The notes under the pieces are model-generated. The model did not search any database and had not been told where the DNA came from. It was given only the letters and a program-made list of their open reading frames with translations. From the IMG/VR virus record IMGVR_UViG_3300029418_000119: 64,000 bases of DNA. One strand, 5' to 3'. Source of the DNA: a virus. This document shows, one piece after another, positions 29,614 to 40,202 of the stretch; position 1 is the first letter of the stretch, and each line of letters opens with the position of its first letter. The position numbers and the translations under genes were made by a program.

Positions 29614-31944
29614 GTGGCAGATAAGAAATTTAATGAAAATATGATTCGTTGCTACATCAGGATAAAACGAGTCTTTTATCCGAAAGATGGGAGGGAGGTG
29701 GAGCCCGGCGGCTTCGCCACTTTCTCTGCCGAGGTGGTAAAAGTCAAGCAGGGAAATCCTATCATGAGTCGATATAGTGACCTCCGACTGAAGGGCAATG
29801 TCCCTAGTCTTGATATGAATAAAACTTATTCGTTCTGTGGTGAGTATGTTCATCATGAAAAGTTTGGTGATCAGTACAAAATCATCTACATGAATGAGTT
29901 TCAAGAGATCACTGACCCGGAAGAACAAAAAAGCTTTCTCCGTTTTATTTTGACCGATCATCAGTTTGAGATGCTTTATGAAGCATTCGATAATCCGTAT
30001 GAAGTTATCAAGAATGGTGACATCAAGGCTCTTTGTACTATTAGCGGTATTACGGAAGGTCGAGCACAAAAGATCATTGACTCTTTTGAACGCAACATTG
30101 ATAACAGTGAAGCGTACACAAAACTGATTGAGTACGGTCTGACTCCCAGTGCTATTGAAAAGCTTGTTCGTCAGTATCACGGTGCAGACATTCTGGTAAA
30201 AAAGATTGAGGAGAATCCTTACGTCCTGATTGATGATGTGTATGGTATCGGCTGGAAAAAAGCTGACGCTATTGCTTTGAATATGGGCTTAAAGCACAAT
30301 TCGCAATTTAGAATCGAAGCTTACGTCATGCATTTTCTTGCCGCTCGTGCCGAAGAAGGTAACTCTATTATCCCGGCAAACCAGACAATCAATAGCTGTA
30401 TTAAGGAACTTGATTTGAACGAGGGTGATCAAGAAGTCATCAAAAGGGCACTTTTCCATTTACATGATGTCCGTGAAACGCTTTGGTGGAGTGATGACCG
30501 TCAGGAATTTGCTTTAACTAGAGTGTGGAATCTTGAAGATAAAATCGCAAAGGAAATCAAGCGACTGGCTGATGCACCTGTTGAGCCGATTGGTCGAAAC
30601 ATGGATGCTGCAATCAATGAAGCCGGGAATGCGCTTGGCATCGAGTATACTGAGGAGCAAAGAGATGCTATTAAAAAGGTATGCTCTAGCAACGTCTGTA
30701 TCTTAACAGGCTACGGCGGAACTGGTAAAAGTACCGTTGTCGCTGGTGTTTTAAAGGTTCTTCGTGGCAAGTCTTTCGCTCAGACTGCACTTTCTGGTCG
30801 TGCCGCAGCTCGTATGCAGGAGATTACTGGTCAGGATGGAAAGACCATTCACCGTCTTCTTGGCTACGACATCGAGAATGGTGGTTTCATCCATAACAAG
30901 GACAATCCTCTTGAAGAAGACATTATTATTCTGGATGAGACCTCTATGGTTGGAGCTCAGTTATTCTATGACTTGATTCAGGCAATCGAGACCGGCAAGC
31001 GATTCATCATGATTGGTGATGACGGCCAGCTTGAGAGTATTGGTATGTGTAACATCTTCAAGGATATGCTTGCATCTAAGGTTGTTCCTGTGGCTCGTTT
31101 GACTAAGATCCATCGTCAGGCAGCTAAGTCTGCAATTATCACGGAAAGCATTAAGGTTCGTAACGCTACGCAGTTGGTGCCTTATGGCTGGGCTGGTAGT
31201 GAGATTCGTGGTGAACTTCGTGATTTGGAGCTTGATATCTATAAAGACGCAAGTGAGTCATTCAACCACATCATCAATCAGTACCGTACCTTATATAATA
31301 AGGTAGGGAATGATAGTGCGAAGATTCAGATTGTACTTCCACAGAAGCTACGTGGCAGTATCTGCACATACGAAGTTAATAATGCTATTCAGGAAATTGT
31401 GAATCCGAGTCGTGGTCAAGCAGAAGCAAAGGTTACAATCTATGGTGATGGCAAGGATAGGGTGTATACTCTGCGTGAGGGCGATCAGGTTATTATCAAC
31501 AAGAATAACTATGAGCTTCACACATACAATCTCAAGACAAAGAAAAAGGAAGAGAAGTGTCCGGTGTTCAATGGAAACCGTGGCATTATCCGAAAGATTG
31601 AGAGTAGTTTTATTCTGGTTGATTTTGACCAGTGGGGCACGATCTTTATTCCACATTATTTTGGTGGGAATAACATCTGGGCAACGCTTGAACTTGCCTA
31701 TGCTCTGAGTTGTCATAAACTGCAGGGCAGTGAGGCTCCGTATGTGATTGTTGGCATGGACAACTCTGCGTACCTGATGTTGACGAGAGAATGGCTCTAT
31801 ACGGCCATCACTCGTGCCAAGAAGTATTGTGTGATTTGCGCCGAAACTCACGCTCTTGATCGGGCTGTAAAGACTTCGAGAGTGCCATATAAGCGGACGT
31901 TCTTGAAGGAATTTTTACGGAAAGAATTTTCAGAAAAGCATTGA
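29614..31944 (+). CDS. RecD-like SF1B DNA helicase
   Basis: Walker A GYGGTGKST, Walker B IILDETSMV, motif YALSCHKLQGSEAPYVIV; GTG start after AGAGGG RBS. Confidence 0.8.
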   Translation: MADKKFNENMIRCYIRIKRVFYPKDGREVEPGGFATFSAEVVKVKQGNPIMSRYSDLRLKGNVPSLDMNKTYSFCGEYVHHEKFGDQYKIIYMNEFQEITDPEEQKSFLRFILTDHQFEMLYEAFDNPYEVIKNGDIKALCTISGITEGRAQKIIDSFERNIDNSEAYTKLIEYGLTPSAIEKLVRQYHGADILVKKIEENPYVLIDDVYGIGWKKADAIALNMGLKHNSQFRIEAYVMHFLAARAEEGNSIIPANQTINSCIKELDLNEGDQEVIKRALFHLHDVRETLWWSDDRQEFALTRVWNLEDKIAKEIKRLADAPVEPIGRNMDAAINEAGNALGIEYTEEQRDAIKKVCSSNVCILTGYGGTGKSTVVAGVLKVLRGKSFAQTALSGRAAARMQEITGQDGKTIHRLLGYDIENGGFIHNKDNPLEEDIIILDETSMVGAQLFYDLIQAIETGKRFIMIGDDGQLESIGMCNIFKDMLASKVVPVARLTKIHRQAAKSAIITESIKVRNATQLVPYGWAGSEIRGELRDLELDIYKDASESFNHIINQYRTLYNKVGNDSAKIQIVLPQKLRGSICTYEVNNAIQEIVNPSRGQAEAKVTIYGDGKDRVYTLREGDQVIINKNNYELHTYNLKTKKKEEKCPVFNGNRGIIRKIESSFILVDFDQWGTIFIPHYFGGNNIWATLELAYALSCHKLQGSEAPYVIVGMDNSAYLMLTREWLYTAITRAKKYCVICAETHALDRAVKTSRVPYKRTFLKEFLRKEFSEKH

Positions 31945-31969
31945 CAATTATGTGCGTATCCTGTATAAT
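31941..31969 (+). promoter_or_regulatory. consensus promoter TTGACA - 17 nt - TATAAT embedding the repeated motif (31956-31975)
   Basis: ttgaca attatgtgcgtatcctg tataat; 20-mer identical to 7751-7770. Confidence 0.65.
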
Positions 31970-32015
31970 ATAGCTATAAAAAGTCTCCATCCCGGAGGCT
32001 TAAAATTCTCTCTTT

Positions 32016-32035
32016 AGCTATATAATGCAGGATAC
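32016..32035 (+). promoter_or_regulatory. copy of repeated phage promoter motif (agctatataatgcaggatac)
   Basis: Second of three motif copies in the 170-bp region upstream of the ligase gene. Confidence 0.5.
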
Positions 32036-32084
32036 GGGAAAGAAATGGCTTGCTCGTAACGACAAGCCTTTCTTTATTAGCTAC

Positions 32085-32104
32085 AACTATATAACACAGG
32101 ATAC
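32085..32104 (+). promoter_or_regulatory. copy of repeated phage promoter motif (aactatataacacaggatac)
   Basis: Identical to the 9244-9263 copy; 13 nt upstream of RBS AAGGAGG and ATG 32118. Confidence 0.55.
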
Positions 32105-32117
32105 GCAAGGAGGTTTT

Positions 32118-33431
32118 ATGACAGATAAAGAGCTTATAGGTAAGCTTGATGCGATGGTTAAAGCATTGCAGAAAGCAAAGAAAAAGACGGACAAGACCCG
32201 CATTTTGCTGGATGCACGTAAGGATTTTGGAGATGAAGCTGATGAGTTGATGGCATTCTTTCGATTCCTGCTTGATCCGGCAATTATTACTGGTCTGTCT
32301 GATGCAAAAATCAATAAGAAGGTAACTGCAATGCCTGATATCGACATTCAGTATCTCAGCTGCGGATACCTTTATATTATGGGTGCTGGTCACAACACCG
32401 GCTCCGACGCATCCATCGCAACAATCCAGAATTATTTACATAAAAATCCTGAATATGAAGAGTTTCTGAAACGACTGTTTACTAAGAACCTGCCAATTGG
32501 AGTCGAGGCGGCTACCATTAATAAGGTATATGGCGAAGAGATAATTCCTGTCTGGGAGGTTCAGCAGGGATACCCGATTGATAAATATAAATTCAGAAAA
32601 GGTGAATTGATTTTTGCCTCGCGCAAACTCAATGGATCGAGAGGTACATATTTTAAGGGCGATATAATCTCTCGCCAGGCACAGAAGTTCGAGGGACTTG
32701 ACTATATCATCAAGGACATTGAAAAAATCATTGGCACTGATTACGCAGTTGATGGCGAGCTGATTCGACGGAATATCGACGGATTAACTGATGGGCAAAA
32801 CTTCCGCGAGACAATCTCTATCTTGAATAGCGATGGCAACGACAAGAGCCTGATTAAATTTGTCATCTTTGATATTGTGCCGATTGATGAATTTGAGAGG
32901 GATGCTTGCACAGAGAATTACTCAGTAAGAAAGAAACGGCTGCTCGATCTGAAAAACAAGATCCAGAAGAACGGCACACAGAATATCGAAGTGGTCCAGA
33001 TGGTCTACGAAGGTACTGATGTGAATGATGTATATGATTGGCTCGATTATGCGGTTAAACACGATTGGGAAGGGTTGGTTGTGAACCGGCAGGTTCCATA
33101 TCGCCGCACTCGTCACAATGGTTGCTTGAAGGTAAAACGATTCTATACGGTCGATCTGCGAATCACTGCGATTGAAGAAGGTCAGAACCGTCTGGCTGGT
33201 ACGATGGGCGCTCTTGTTGTTGACTACAAGGGCAACGAGCTTCGAGTAGGCTCTGGATTTGATGACGCTACGAGAGCTGCTGTGTGGGAAAATCCTGATA
33301 ATTACATCGGTAAGATTGTGGAAGTAAAGTTCAAGGAAAAGAGCTGTGACAAAAAGACTGGTCTTGAGTCTCTGCAATTCCCGACATTTGTGCGATTCCG
33401 AGATGATAAGAACGAAGTAAGCTACGGCTAA
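32118..33431 (+). CDS. ATP-dependent DNA ligase
   Basis: Motif I KLNGSRG (KxDG-type); size and motifs consistent; start chosen at ATG after AAGGAGG. Confidence 0.8.
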   Translation: MTDKELIGKLDAMVKALQKAKKKTDKTRILLDARKDFGDEADELMAFFRFLLDPAIITGLSDAKINKKVTAMPDIDIQYLSCGYLYIMGAGHNTGSDASIATIQNYLHKNPEYEEFLKRLFTKNLPIGVEAATINKVYGEEIIPVWEVQQGYPIDKYKFRKGELIFASRKLNGSRGTYFKGDIISRQAQKFEGLDYIIKDIEKIIGTDYAVDGELIRRNIDGLTDGQNFRETISILNSDGNDKSLIKFVIFDIVPIDEFERDACTENYSVRKKRLLDLKNKIQKNGTQNIEVVQMVYEGTDVNDVYDWLDYAVKHDWEGLVVNRQVPYRRTRHNGCLKVKRFYTVDLRITAIEEGQNRLAGTMGALVVDYKGNELRVGSGFDDATRAAVWENPDNYIGKIVEVKFKEKSCDKKTGLESLQFPTFVRFRDDKNEVSYG

Positions 33432-33441
33432 GGAGAAAGCT

Positions 33442-33714
33442 ATGAATCTTTCTAAGAAGTCCATTAAACACATTCTTCGGATTCTTGATAACAAATGCGT
33501 CGAGGTTCCTCCAAAGACATCCGCTTATAACAGCGGTGGACGTAGAATTTTGACTCGTGATTTTGAGCCAAAGGTGTCACATGGCATGAATGGCTGGCAA
33601 CGAATCGTCTATGTACCATCCGAAGGATATTTCTACGGAATTTATAACGGAAAATCGGAAGAAGATTGGGATATTCCAGATATCTTGTCTCCTGCACAGC
33701 TTGCTGATTTGTGA
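33442..33714 (+). CDS. hypothetical protein
   Basis: ORF with RBS AAGGAGAAAG. Confidence 0.3.
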   Translation: MNLSKKSIKHILRILDNKCVEVPPKTSAYNSGGRRILTRDFEPKVSHGMNGWQRIVYVPSEGYFYGIYNGKSEEDWDIPDILSPAQLADL

Positions 33715-33944
33715 GGTGTAAAATGCTACTTTTAACGCAAGACAAAAGAATTGTGAATCTCGATTGTATGGCGATTATTGATACTGCTAGTCTTCAGGTT
33801 TTTGCAAGGCAGGATGCGCATGGACGTGGAATTACTCTTGGTGAGTACGATTCAGAAGAAAGGTGTAAATACATTCTTGGTGATATTTTCGCCAGTTATT
33901 GCTGTGATGGCAGTGAGAATGTTTATGTAATGCCGGATAAATGA
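33711..33944 (+). CDS. hypothetical protein
   Basis: Overlapping stop/start with neighbours. Confidence 0.3.
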   Translation: MRCKMLLLTQDKRIVNLDCMAIIDTASLQVFARQDAHGRGITLGEYDSEERCKYILGDIFASYCCDGSENVYVMPDK

Positions 33945-34183
33945 TGAATGATTTCCGAAAATTAGCCATCCCAAAGAAAGAACGACTTGAAGTTCAACTT
34001 ACGGATGGCACAGATGAACACAATATATTGTACATAATTACATCTCTAGCCACTATTAAAGGTGCTGAGATTTTTAAAAATTTTCGTTTGTATTCTGTAG
34101 GCTCCGCCGGGGAGCTCAACTTATTAGAGAAGCGAGACGGCGATCCCTACTTTGATAAGCTGAAAGGAACAGAATATGAGTAA
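33941..34183 (+). CDS. hypothetical protein
   Basis: Coupled ORF. Confidence 0.3.
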   Translation: MMNDFRKLAIPKKERLEVQLTDGTDEHNILYIITSLATIKGAEIFKNFRLYSVGSAGELNLLEKRDGDPYFDKLKGTEYE

Positions 34184-34523
34184 TTCAATGAACCGAGAAG
34201 ACCGGCGCAGAGAGCAGCGTAAGGCACGAATCCTTGCCCGGCGAATCAAGAAAGCTGGTGGTCCCGACTTTCTGGCTGGAATGCCCGCAGAGGAATGGGA
34301 ACCAAAGATTGGTGATGAGGTCACTATTAAGGTAAAGAGAATTCAGGGTAAGAAAGATTTCTTTAAGATGAGTCCTCAGTATCAGGACTTTATCAATAGC
34401 CTTGAGGACGGAAAACCTTACAAAATCACCAGTACAGGTATGAAGGGTCAGGTTTACGGCATTGACGCACATCCTTATTTCCAGATTTGGAAGGGTGATA
34501 TGGAACCCTACAAGGAGTCCTAA
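34176..34523 (+). CDS. hypothetical basic protein
   Basis: Arg/Lys-rich N-terminus. Confidence 0.3.
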   Translation: MSNSMNREDRRREQRKARILARRIKKAGGPDFLAGMPAEEWEPKIGDEVTIKVKRIQGKKDFFKMSPQYQDFINSLEDGKPYKITSTGMKGQVYGIDAHPYFQIWKGDMEPYKES

Positions 34524-34783
34524 TGAAGCAGATGTACTTCAGGACGAACTATCATGCTTGTTATTGTGTGGAGTGCATGAATCAATTCATTTTAATGCGA
34601 AAAGGGTATTTTTATGATGTGATATGGGAAACGGATACTTATTATCTTGTATGTACAGATAAAGGTGACCCATTCCAACAACCATTTAATATCGTAAAAA
34701 TTCTCAAAGAAGATCTCGAAGATGATGTATATGTCGTGACCGGTAAGAGTGAAGAATTTAAGGAAGGAGGTGGGGTGATATGA
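34523..34783 (+). CDS. hypothetical protein
   Basis: Coupled ORF. Confidence 0.3.
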   Translation: MKQMYFRTNYHACYCVECMNQFILMRKGYFYDVIWETDTYYLVCTDKGDPFQQPFNIVKILKEDLEDDVYVVTGKSEEFKEGGGVI

Positions 34784-34983
34784 TTGGTATTGACCATCGT
34801 GAGCAGGGGCGTAAAGAACGAGCCCTTGCAGAATATTACAGAACCTTGGCTCGATATCCTACCGAGTGTGGAGAGCCGATTACATATCAGCTGTCAGAAG
34901 AGCAACTTAGACATGTTCTCTGCGGAGATGTTACTGTTGATGAACTGATTGAAAGAGGTGAGGTAAGTGAAAGATACGATTAA
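34780..34983 (+). CDS. hypothetical protein
   Basis: Coupled ORF. Confidence 0.3.
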   Translation: MIGIDHREQGRKERALAEYYRTLARYPTECGEPITYQLSEEQLRHVLCGDVTVDELIERGEVSERYD

Positions 34984-35142
34984 AATGTGGATCGCTTTCA
35001 TTAAGATTTTTAAGGATTATCTTATTGCGGTCGGAATCATGATTGCGTTGTGGATGTTGTCTTGCCTTATCAAGTATGGGATTTCAGTATCCAATTTTCC
35101 AGATTGGTTTAAGTTTGCACTTCTAAAGTAAAGGAGGATTAA

Positions 35143-35367
35143 ATGGTAACCGATATTCTTAATAGAGAGATTCATGTTGGCGATACAGTGCTTAGAGCTA
35201 GAACTCGAAATGGTCGCGGAGTTCTTTGGAGTATTCGTAAAGTTGTCGCCATTATGAACGTAATGATTAAAGTTCAAGACGGAAAGTACACAACGAATGT
35301 TGCACCTAAAAATTGCATCGTAATTGGTGAGAACGACATTCCTGAAAACTGGCAGGACGAATATTAA
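35143..35367 (+). CDS. hypothetical protein
   Basis: RBS AAAGGAGG upstream. Confidence 0.3.
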   Translation: MVTDILNREIHVGDTVLRARTRNGRGVLWSIRKVVAIMNVMIKVQDGKYTTNVAPKNCIVIGENDIPENWQDEY

Positions 35368-35377
35368 GGAGAGTTGA

Positions 35378-36169
35378 ATGGTAGTTAAACTGATTACACA
35401 TACTCCTGATCCTGAAAAGGTAGTAGCTGCAGCCGCAAAACTGTGTTACTCCAATTCGAGTATTCAGGATCTGATGGATGGACTGACCGATGAGAAGGTC
35501 GATGAGTTTCTGAATCGGCTTTCTAGCCTTGGTCACGCTAGCCCTACGGAGCATGTGACTTTTACTTTTGGAATTGAAGGTGTGAGCCGGTCTTTGCTTG
35601 CCCAGATTACTAGGCATCGCATTGCATCGTTCAGTGTGCAGAGTCAGCGCTATGTGCGAATGAATAATGCTGAAATCATCATTCCTGATGTTATTGACGA
35701 TGATAGCGAAGCAAGAGAGGTATTTGAACAGGCAATTCAGACTGCTGAATATTCCTATAAGCACCTGTGCCAGATTCTTGAGGACAAGATTACTGAGGAA
35801 CTGATGGTTGCTGATTCTCGTTTGACTGAGAAAAAGGCACGTGCAAAGGCATCTAAGATTGCAAATGAGAATGCACGTTCTGTTCTTCCAAATGCTTGTT
35901 CTACAAAGATGATTGTTACAATGAACGCTCGTTCGTTGAATAATTTCTTTAATCTGCGTTGCTGTGAACGTGCACAGTCTGAAATCAGGGAACTTGCAAC
36001 TGAGATGCTAAAGCTTGTCTATCCGATTGCTCCTCATCTGTTTAAGTGTGCTGGCCCCAACTGCTGTGGTAACGGTTGTACTGAAGGTATGATGTCTTGT
36101 GGTAAGCTCCACGAGATTCGTGATAAATACGACAAACTGAAACAGGAGGCATTAAATGCAAACACTTGA
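35378..36169 (+). CDS. thyX: flavin-dependent thymidylate synthase ThyX
   Basis: ThyX motif QITRHRIASFSVQSQRY (RHRxxxxxS). Confidence 0.85.
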   Translation: MVVKLITHTPDPEKVVAAAAKLCYSNSSIQDLMDGLTDEKVDEFLNRLSSLGHASPTEHVTFTFGIEGVSRSLLAQITRHRIASFSVQSQRYVRMNNAEIIIPDVIDDDSEAREVFEQAIQTAEYSYKHLCQILEDKITEELMVADSRLTEKKARAKASKIANENARSVLPNACSTKMIVTMNARSLNNFFNLRCCERAQSEIRELATEMLKLVYPIAPHLFKCAGPNCCGNGCTEGMMSCGKLHEIRDKYDKLKQEALNANT

Positions 36170-36686
36170 CGAAATTAAGAAGAACGTCGAGCACCCGTCT
36201 TATTACGGCGGTGCAGACAATCCCTACGAGGCCATCAAAGTACTGCGAGAGTGGCAACTGGACAAGGATGCTTATCTTTGGAATGTTGGTAAGTATCTGA
36301 GTCGGGCAGGGCACAAAGATGGTAATTCTCAGCTTCAAGATTTAACGAAGGCACGTTGGTATTTGGACTATAAAATCCGGCTTTTAGAGGAACAGCAGAA
36401 GATTGCCGAAAGTGTCGTAGATACGCTCAAGAAGATTCCTGATGAGGCAAATGATAAGCTGGCTACGATGCCGAAAAAAGACAGCCAAGGAAATTTTTAC
36501 GATCCTAGACTTAATTGTTGGGTAAACGATTGTGTTTATCGTCCAAACGCATACGAGCAGAACATCGAAACTGCCGTGGTTCCGAGTGTTCATAATGATG
36601 CTATGTCTCCGAATAACAAAGGAGTTAATAAGGTTGACCATTCGATGCTGAACTCTAAAGTCCATGTCGATGAAGTCAAGTTTTAA
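36156..36686 (+). CDS. DUF3310-like phage protein
   Basis: HPSYYGG...PYEAIKVL...GKYLSRAGHK...LTKARWYL pattern typical of this phage family. Confidence 0.4.
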   Translation: MQTLDEIKKNVEHPSYYGGADNPYEAIKVLREWQLDKDAYLWNVGKYLSRAGHKDGNSQLQDLTKARWYLDYKIRLLEEQQKIAESVVDTLKKIPDEANDKLATMPKKDSQGNFYDPRLNCWVNDCVYRPNAYEQNIETAVVPSVHNDAMSPNNKGVNKVDHSMLNSKVHVDEVKF

Positions 36687-36699
36687 GAGGTTTACATAA

Positions 36700-37257
36700 A
36701 TGAGATACAACTGGAAGTTACCTATTATCGTTATTTGTGTCGTGTTAATTTCCATTCTTGGCATGACCTTTATTGTGCAGGGACCTAAGAACACGGCCAT
36801 CTCTTATGAAGAGCAGATTCAGGAAGCTAAGTCTGGCATTGGGAATCAGGAGAAGCGCAGAGCTGATCTGATTCCAAATCTGGTTGAAACCGTCAAGGCT
36901 TATGACCAACATGAGTATCAGACTTTGATGGATGTTGTGAATGCTCGTGGCACTTCCGGCCAGACCGCTCAAGAGATTACGACTCAGATTGCAGCTATTG
37001 CGGAAGCATATCCTGAACTGAAGTCTAGCGACAACTACAAGGAGCTTATGAATGAGCTATCCGTCACTGAAAATTTGATTGCAAACTATCGTGGCGATTA
37101 CAATCGTGTCGTGAAGGAATATAAGCAGAGCGTTCGTAAGTTTCCGAACTCATTTCTGCTTGGTCTGACTGGATATGAGGTTCAGAATTATGAGTATCTG
37201 TCCTATGAGGGGAATGAGGCGGCACCGGCAGTCGGTAACCTTTTTGGAAATCGGTAA
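36700..37257 (+). CDS. LemA-family membrane protein
   Basis: N-terminal TM segment and EEQIQEAKSGIGNQEKRRADLIPNLVETVKAYDQHE LemA core. Confidence 0.65.
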   Translation: MRYNWKLPIIVICVVLISILGMTFIVQGPKNTAISYEEQIQEAKSGIGNQEKRRADLIPNLVETVKAYDQHEYQTLMDVVNARGTSGQTAQEITTQIAAIAEAYPELKSSDNYKELMNELSVTENLIANYRGDYNRVVKEYKQSVRKFPNSFLLGLTGYEVQNYEYLSYEGNEAAPAVGNLFGNR

Positions 37258-37981
37258 TGCCGAAATTACTTATCGTGAATTGATCGTCAGTGTTGGTATT
37301 GTGTTCATTATGCTGATACTTGGTAGCGTTATCGCTGGAAATATCACCAGAGATTCACTTGAGCAGAAAAAAGAATATAATACAGCAATTTCGATTGAGT
37401 CCGAAAATATGTTCGATTATGGAATGAGAACCAACGTAGGTAATGCGTTTTGCCAAGGCGCACTAGAAGCAGTAGATACCGTAAGCGATCCACGTATCGA
37501 CGGCCAGTGGATGTACATCTATTGCGAAGAAAAGCACTATACGATGCATACACGAACTGTCACTACTACGGATGGTAAAGGCCATACAAGAACAAGAGTC
37601 GAAACGTACTGGACTTGGGACTATTACAGCTCAGAAGAGCACAGTTCCAAAAATGTAACGTTTCTGGGAAAAGAATTTAAGTATGGTGACATCAAAATGC
37701 CATCCAGCAAGTACCTGACCACTGTACAAGTCAGTTCTCATGTAAAGTTCGAGTTTTATGTCAAAGATGTTCGTTATGGTGGTACATTATACGCGAATTT
37801 GAGCGATAAAAGTATACATGATGCACAATTCATTAAGGATAAAAACATCGAAGAAGCACGAGATTATATGATTTCTGCAGCTGGTACACGAGTGATTTGG
37901 TTTTGGGTATTCTGGGTCGTATTGATGGTAGTTGCGGTTGGAGCTTTCTATGTGGCAGAAAATCGTTGGTTGGAAGATTAA
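37214..37981 (+). CDS. membrane protein (LemA-partner-like)
   Basis: ATG 37214 after GAGGGG RBS; TM helices near both ends; overlaps the lemA 3-prime end. Confidence 0.4.
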   Translation: MRRHRQSVTFLEIGNAEITYRELIVSVGIVFIMLILGSVIAGNITRDSLEQKKEYNTAISIESENMFDYGMRTNVGNAFCQGALEAVDTVSDPRIDGQWMYIYCEEKHYTMHTRTVTTTDGKGHTRTRVETYWTWDYYSSEEHSSKNVTFLGKEFKYGDIKMPSSKYLTTVQVSSHVKFEFYVKDVRYGGTLYANLSDKSIHDAQFIKDKNIEEARDYMISAAGTRVIWFWVFWVVLMVVAVGAFYVAENRWLED

Positions 37982-37992
37982 GGAGTGATTGC

Positions 37993-40188
37993 ATGGAATA
38001 TGTGATTAAACGCGATGGAACGAAAGTTCCTTTTGATAAAAGTAAGATTGTAAATGCGATTGAGAAGGCAATGACGAATACGACTGGAGGAGTTGATTCT
38101 CGCGTATCTAACGCTATTGCAGACTACATCGCGGACATCCATGATACGATGTCTGTAGAGCAGATTCAGGATGTGGTTATTGACCAGTTGAAAAATAGCC
38201 CTCTTTCGGATGTGGCTGACGCTTATAGTCACTGGCGTATTCTTCGGCAGGAGATTCGTGAGAAACAGCGAGCATATGGCGAAATTCTTTCCATCTGTGA
38301 TGTAGACAATGAGAAGGTCAAGCAGGAAAACAGCAACAAAAATCCTGTTGTGAATAGCGTGCAGCGTGACTATATGGCTGGCGAGGTCTCCAAAGATCTG
38401 AGCTTCAATCTGCTTCTCCCGAAAGATATTGTGGACGCTCACTATGATGGCCGAATTCATTTTCACGATTCCGACTATTTTGCCCAGCACATGTTTAACT
38501 GCTCGCTAGTCAATCTGGAAGACATGCTTCAAAACGGCACTGTGATTTCTGGCACTGGAATCGACAAACCACATAGTTTCTCTACAGCGTGCAATATTGC
38601 AACCCAGATTATTGCACAGGTTGCTTCCAACCAATATGGTGGTCAGAGTATTACTCTGTCTCATTTGGCTCCTTTCGTGGACGTCTCTCGAAAGAAGATT
38701 ACGGGTGAAGTCCATGAGGAGTTTTACGACATGATTCAAAACAATGAGATTGACAAGATGCCAAATCAGGAGACTATCAATCGAATTGTAGAGAAGCGTT
38801 TACATAAAGAAATCGTTGCAGGCGTTCAGACTATTCAGTATCAGGTTATTACTTTGATGACCACTAACGGGCAAGCTCCTTTTATTACTATTTTTATGTA
38901 TCTGGATGAAGTTCCTGAAGGCCAGACCCGTGATGACCTTGCAATTATCATTGAAGAAGTCCTTCGTCAGCGTATTAAAGGCGTGAAGAATGAGACTGGT
39001 GCATGGATTACTCCGGCTTTCCCAAAGCTGATTTATGTGCTGGAAGAAGATAACATTCGAGATAATTCTAAGTATTACTATCTGACTGAACTGGCAGCTA
39101 AATGTACGGCCAAGAGATTTGTACCTGACTACATTTCTGAGAAGAAGATGTTGGAGTACAAAGGTGCTTGCTACCCCTGTATGGGATGTCGCAGCTTCTT
39201 GACTCCTGATCGAACCACCGAGAATGTTTCTGGTGCCATGAATTGGGAGAAGGGCCACAAGTACTATGGTCGCTTTAATGCCGGTGTTGTCACCATCAAT
39301 CTGGTAGATGTTGCTTGTAGCTCTAAGAAGGATGTTTCTGAGTTTTGGGAAATTTTTGATGAGCGTCTTGAACTGTGCCATCGAGCACTTCAGATTCGGT
39401 ATAAGCGATTGATGGGTACGCCTTCTGATGTGAGTCCAATTCATTTTCAGCATGGTGCAATCGCACGTTTGAAGAAGGGCGAGAAGATTGATAAATTGCT
39501 GTTTGACGGATATGCAACCATCAGTTTAGGTTACGCAGGTCTGTATGAATGCGTAAAGTACATGACCGGTAAGAGCCATACTGATGATGAAGCAAAACCT
39601 TTTGCTCTTGAGATTATGCAACACATGAACGACAAGTGCAGTGAGTGGAAGGCAGCAGAAAATATTGATTACAGTCTCTACGGCACCCCGCTGGAATCCA
39701 CCACCTACAAGTTCGCCAAGTGCCTGCAGAAGCGGTTCGGCATCATTCCAGATGTAACCGACCATGATTACATCACCAATAGCTATCATGTCGTGGTTCG
39801 TGAGCATATTGATGCATTCAAGAAGCTGAAGTTTGAGTCTGAGTTTCAGCAGCTGTCTCCCGGAGGAGCGATTTCTTATATTGAATGCCCGAACATGACC
39901 AACAACATCCCCGCTGTGATGAGTGTCATCAAATACATCTACGACACTATTATCTACGCAGAGCTGAACATCAAGTCTGATTATTGTCAGGTTTGTGGCT
40001 ATGACGGCGAGATTAAGATTGTTGAAGATAACGGCAAGCTCATTTGGGAATGCCCGAACTGTGGTAATCGTGACCAGAATAAACTGAATGTTGCACGACG
40101 TACCTGCGGTTTTATTGGGACTCAGTTCTGGAACCAGGGACGCACGCAGGAGATCAAGGATCGTGTGGTTCATTTGAGCGATAACTAA
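37993..40188 (+). CDS. nrdD: anaerobic ribonucleoside-triphosphate reductase NrdD
   Basis: N-terminal ATP-cone (MEYVIKRDGTKVPFDKSKIVNAIEKA), C-terminal zinc site CPNCG and glycyl-radical motif RRTCGFIG. Confidence 0.9.
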   Translation: MEYVIKRDGTKVPFDKSKIVNAIEKAMTNTTGGVDSRVSNAIADYIADIHDTMSVEQIQDVVIDQLKNSPLSDVADAYSHWRILRQEIREKQRAYGEILSICDVDNEKVKQENSNKNPVVNSVQRDYMAGEVSKDLSFNLLLPKDIVDAHYDGRIHFHDSDYFAQHMFNCSLVNLEDMLQNGTVISGTGIDKPHSFSTACNIATQIIAQVASNQYGGQSITLSHLAPFVDVSRKKITGEVHEEFYDMIQNNEIDKMPNQETINRIVEKRLHKEIVAGVQTIQYQVITLMTTNGQAPFITIFMYLDEVPEGQTRDDLAIIIEEVLRQRIKGVKNETGAWITPAFPKLIYVLEEDNIRDNSKYYYLTELAAKCTAKRFVPDYISEKKMLEYKGACYPCMGCRSFLTPDRTTENVSGAMNWEKGHKYYGRFNAGVVTINLVDVACSSKKDVSEFWEIFDERLELCHRALQIRYKRLMGTPSDVSPIHFQHGAIARLKKGEKIDKLLFDGYATISLGYAGLYECVKYMTGKSHTDDEAKPFALEIMQHMNDKCSEWKAAENIDYSLYGTPLESTTYKFAKCLQKRFGIIPDVTDHDYITNSYHVVVREHIDAFKKLKFESEFQQLSPGGAISYIECPNMTNNIPAVMSVIKYIYDTIIYAELNIKSDYCQVCGYDGEIKIVEDNGKLIWECPNCGNRDQNKLNVARRTCGFIGTQFWNQGRTQEIKDRVVHLSDN

Positions 40189-40202
40189 ACAAAGGATAAA
40201 AT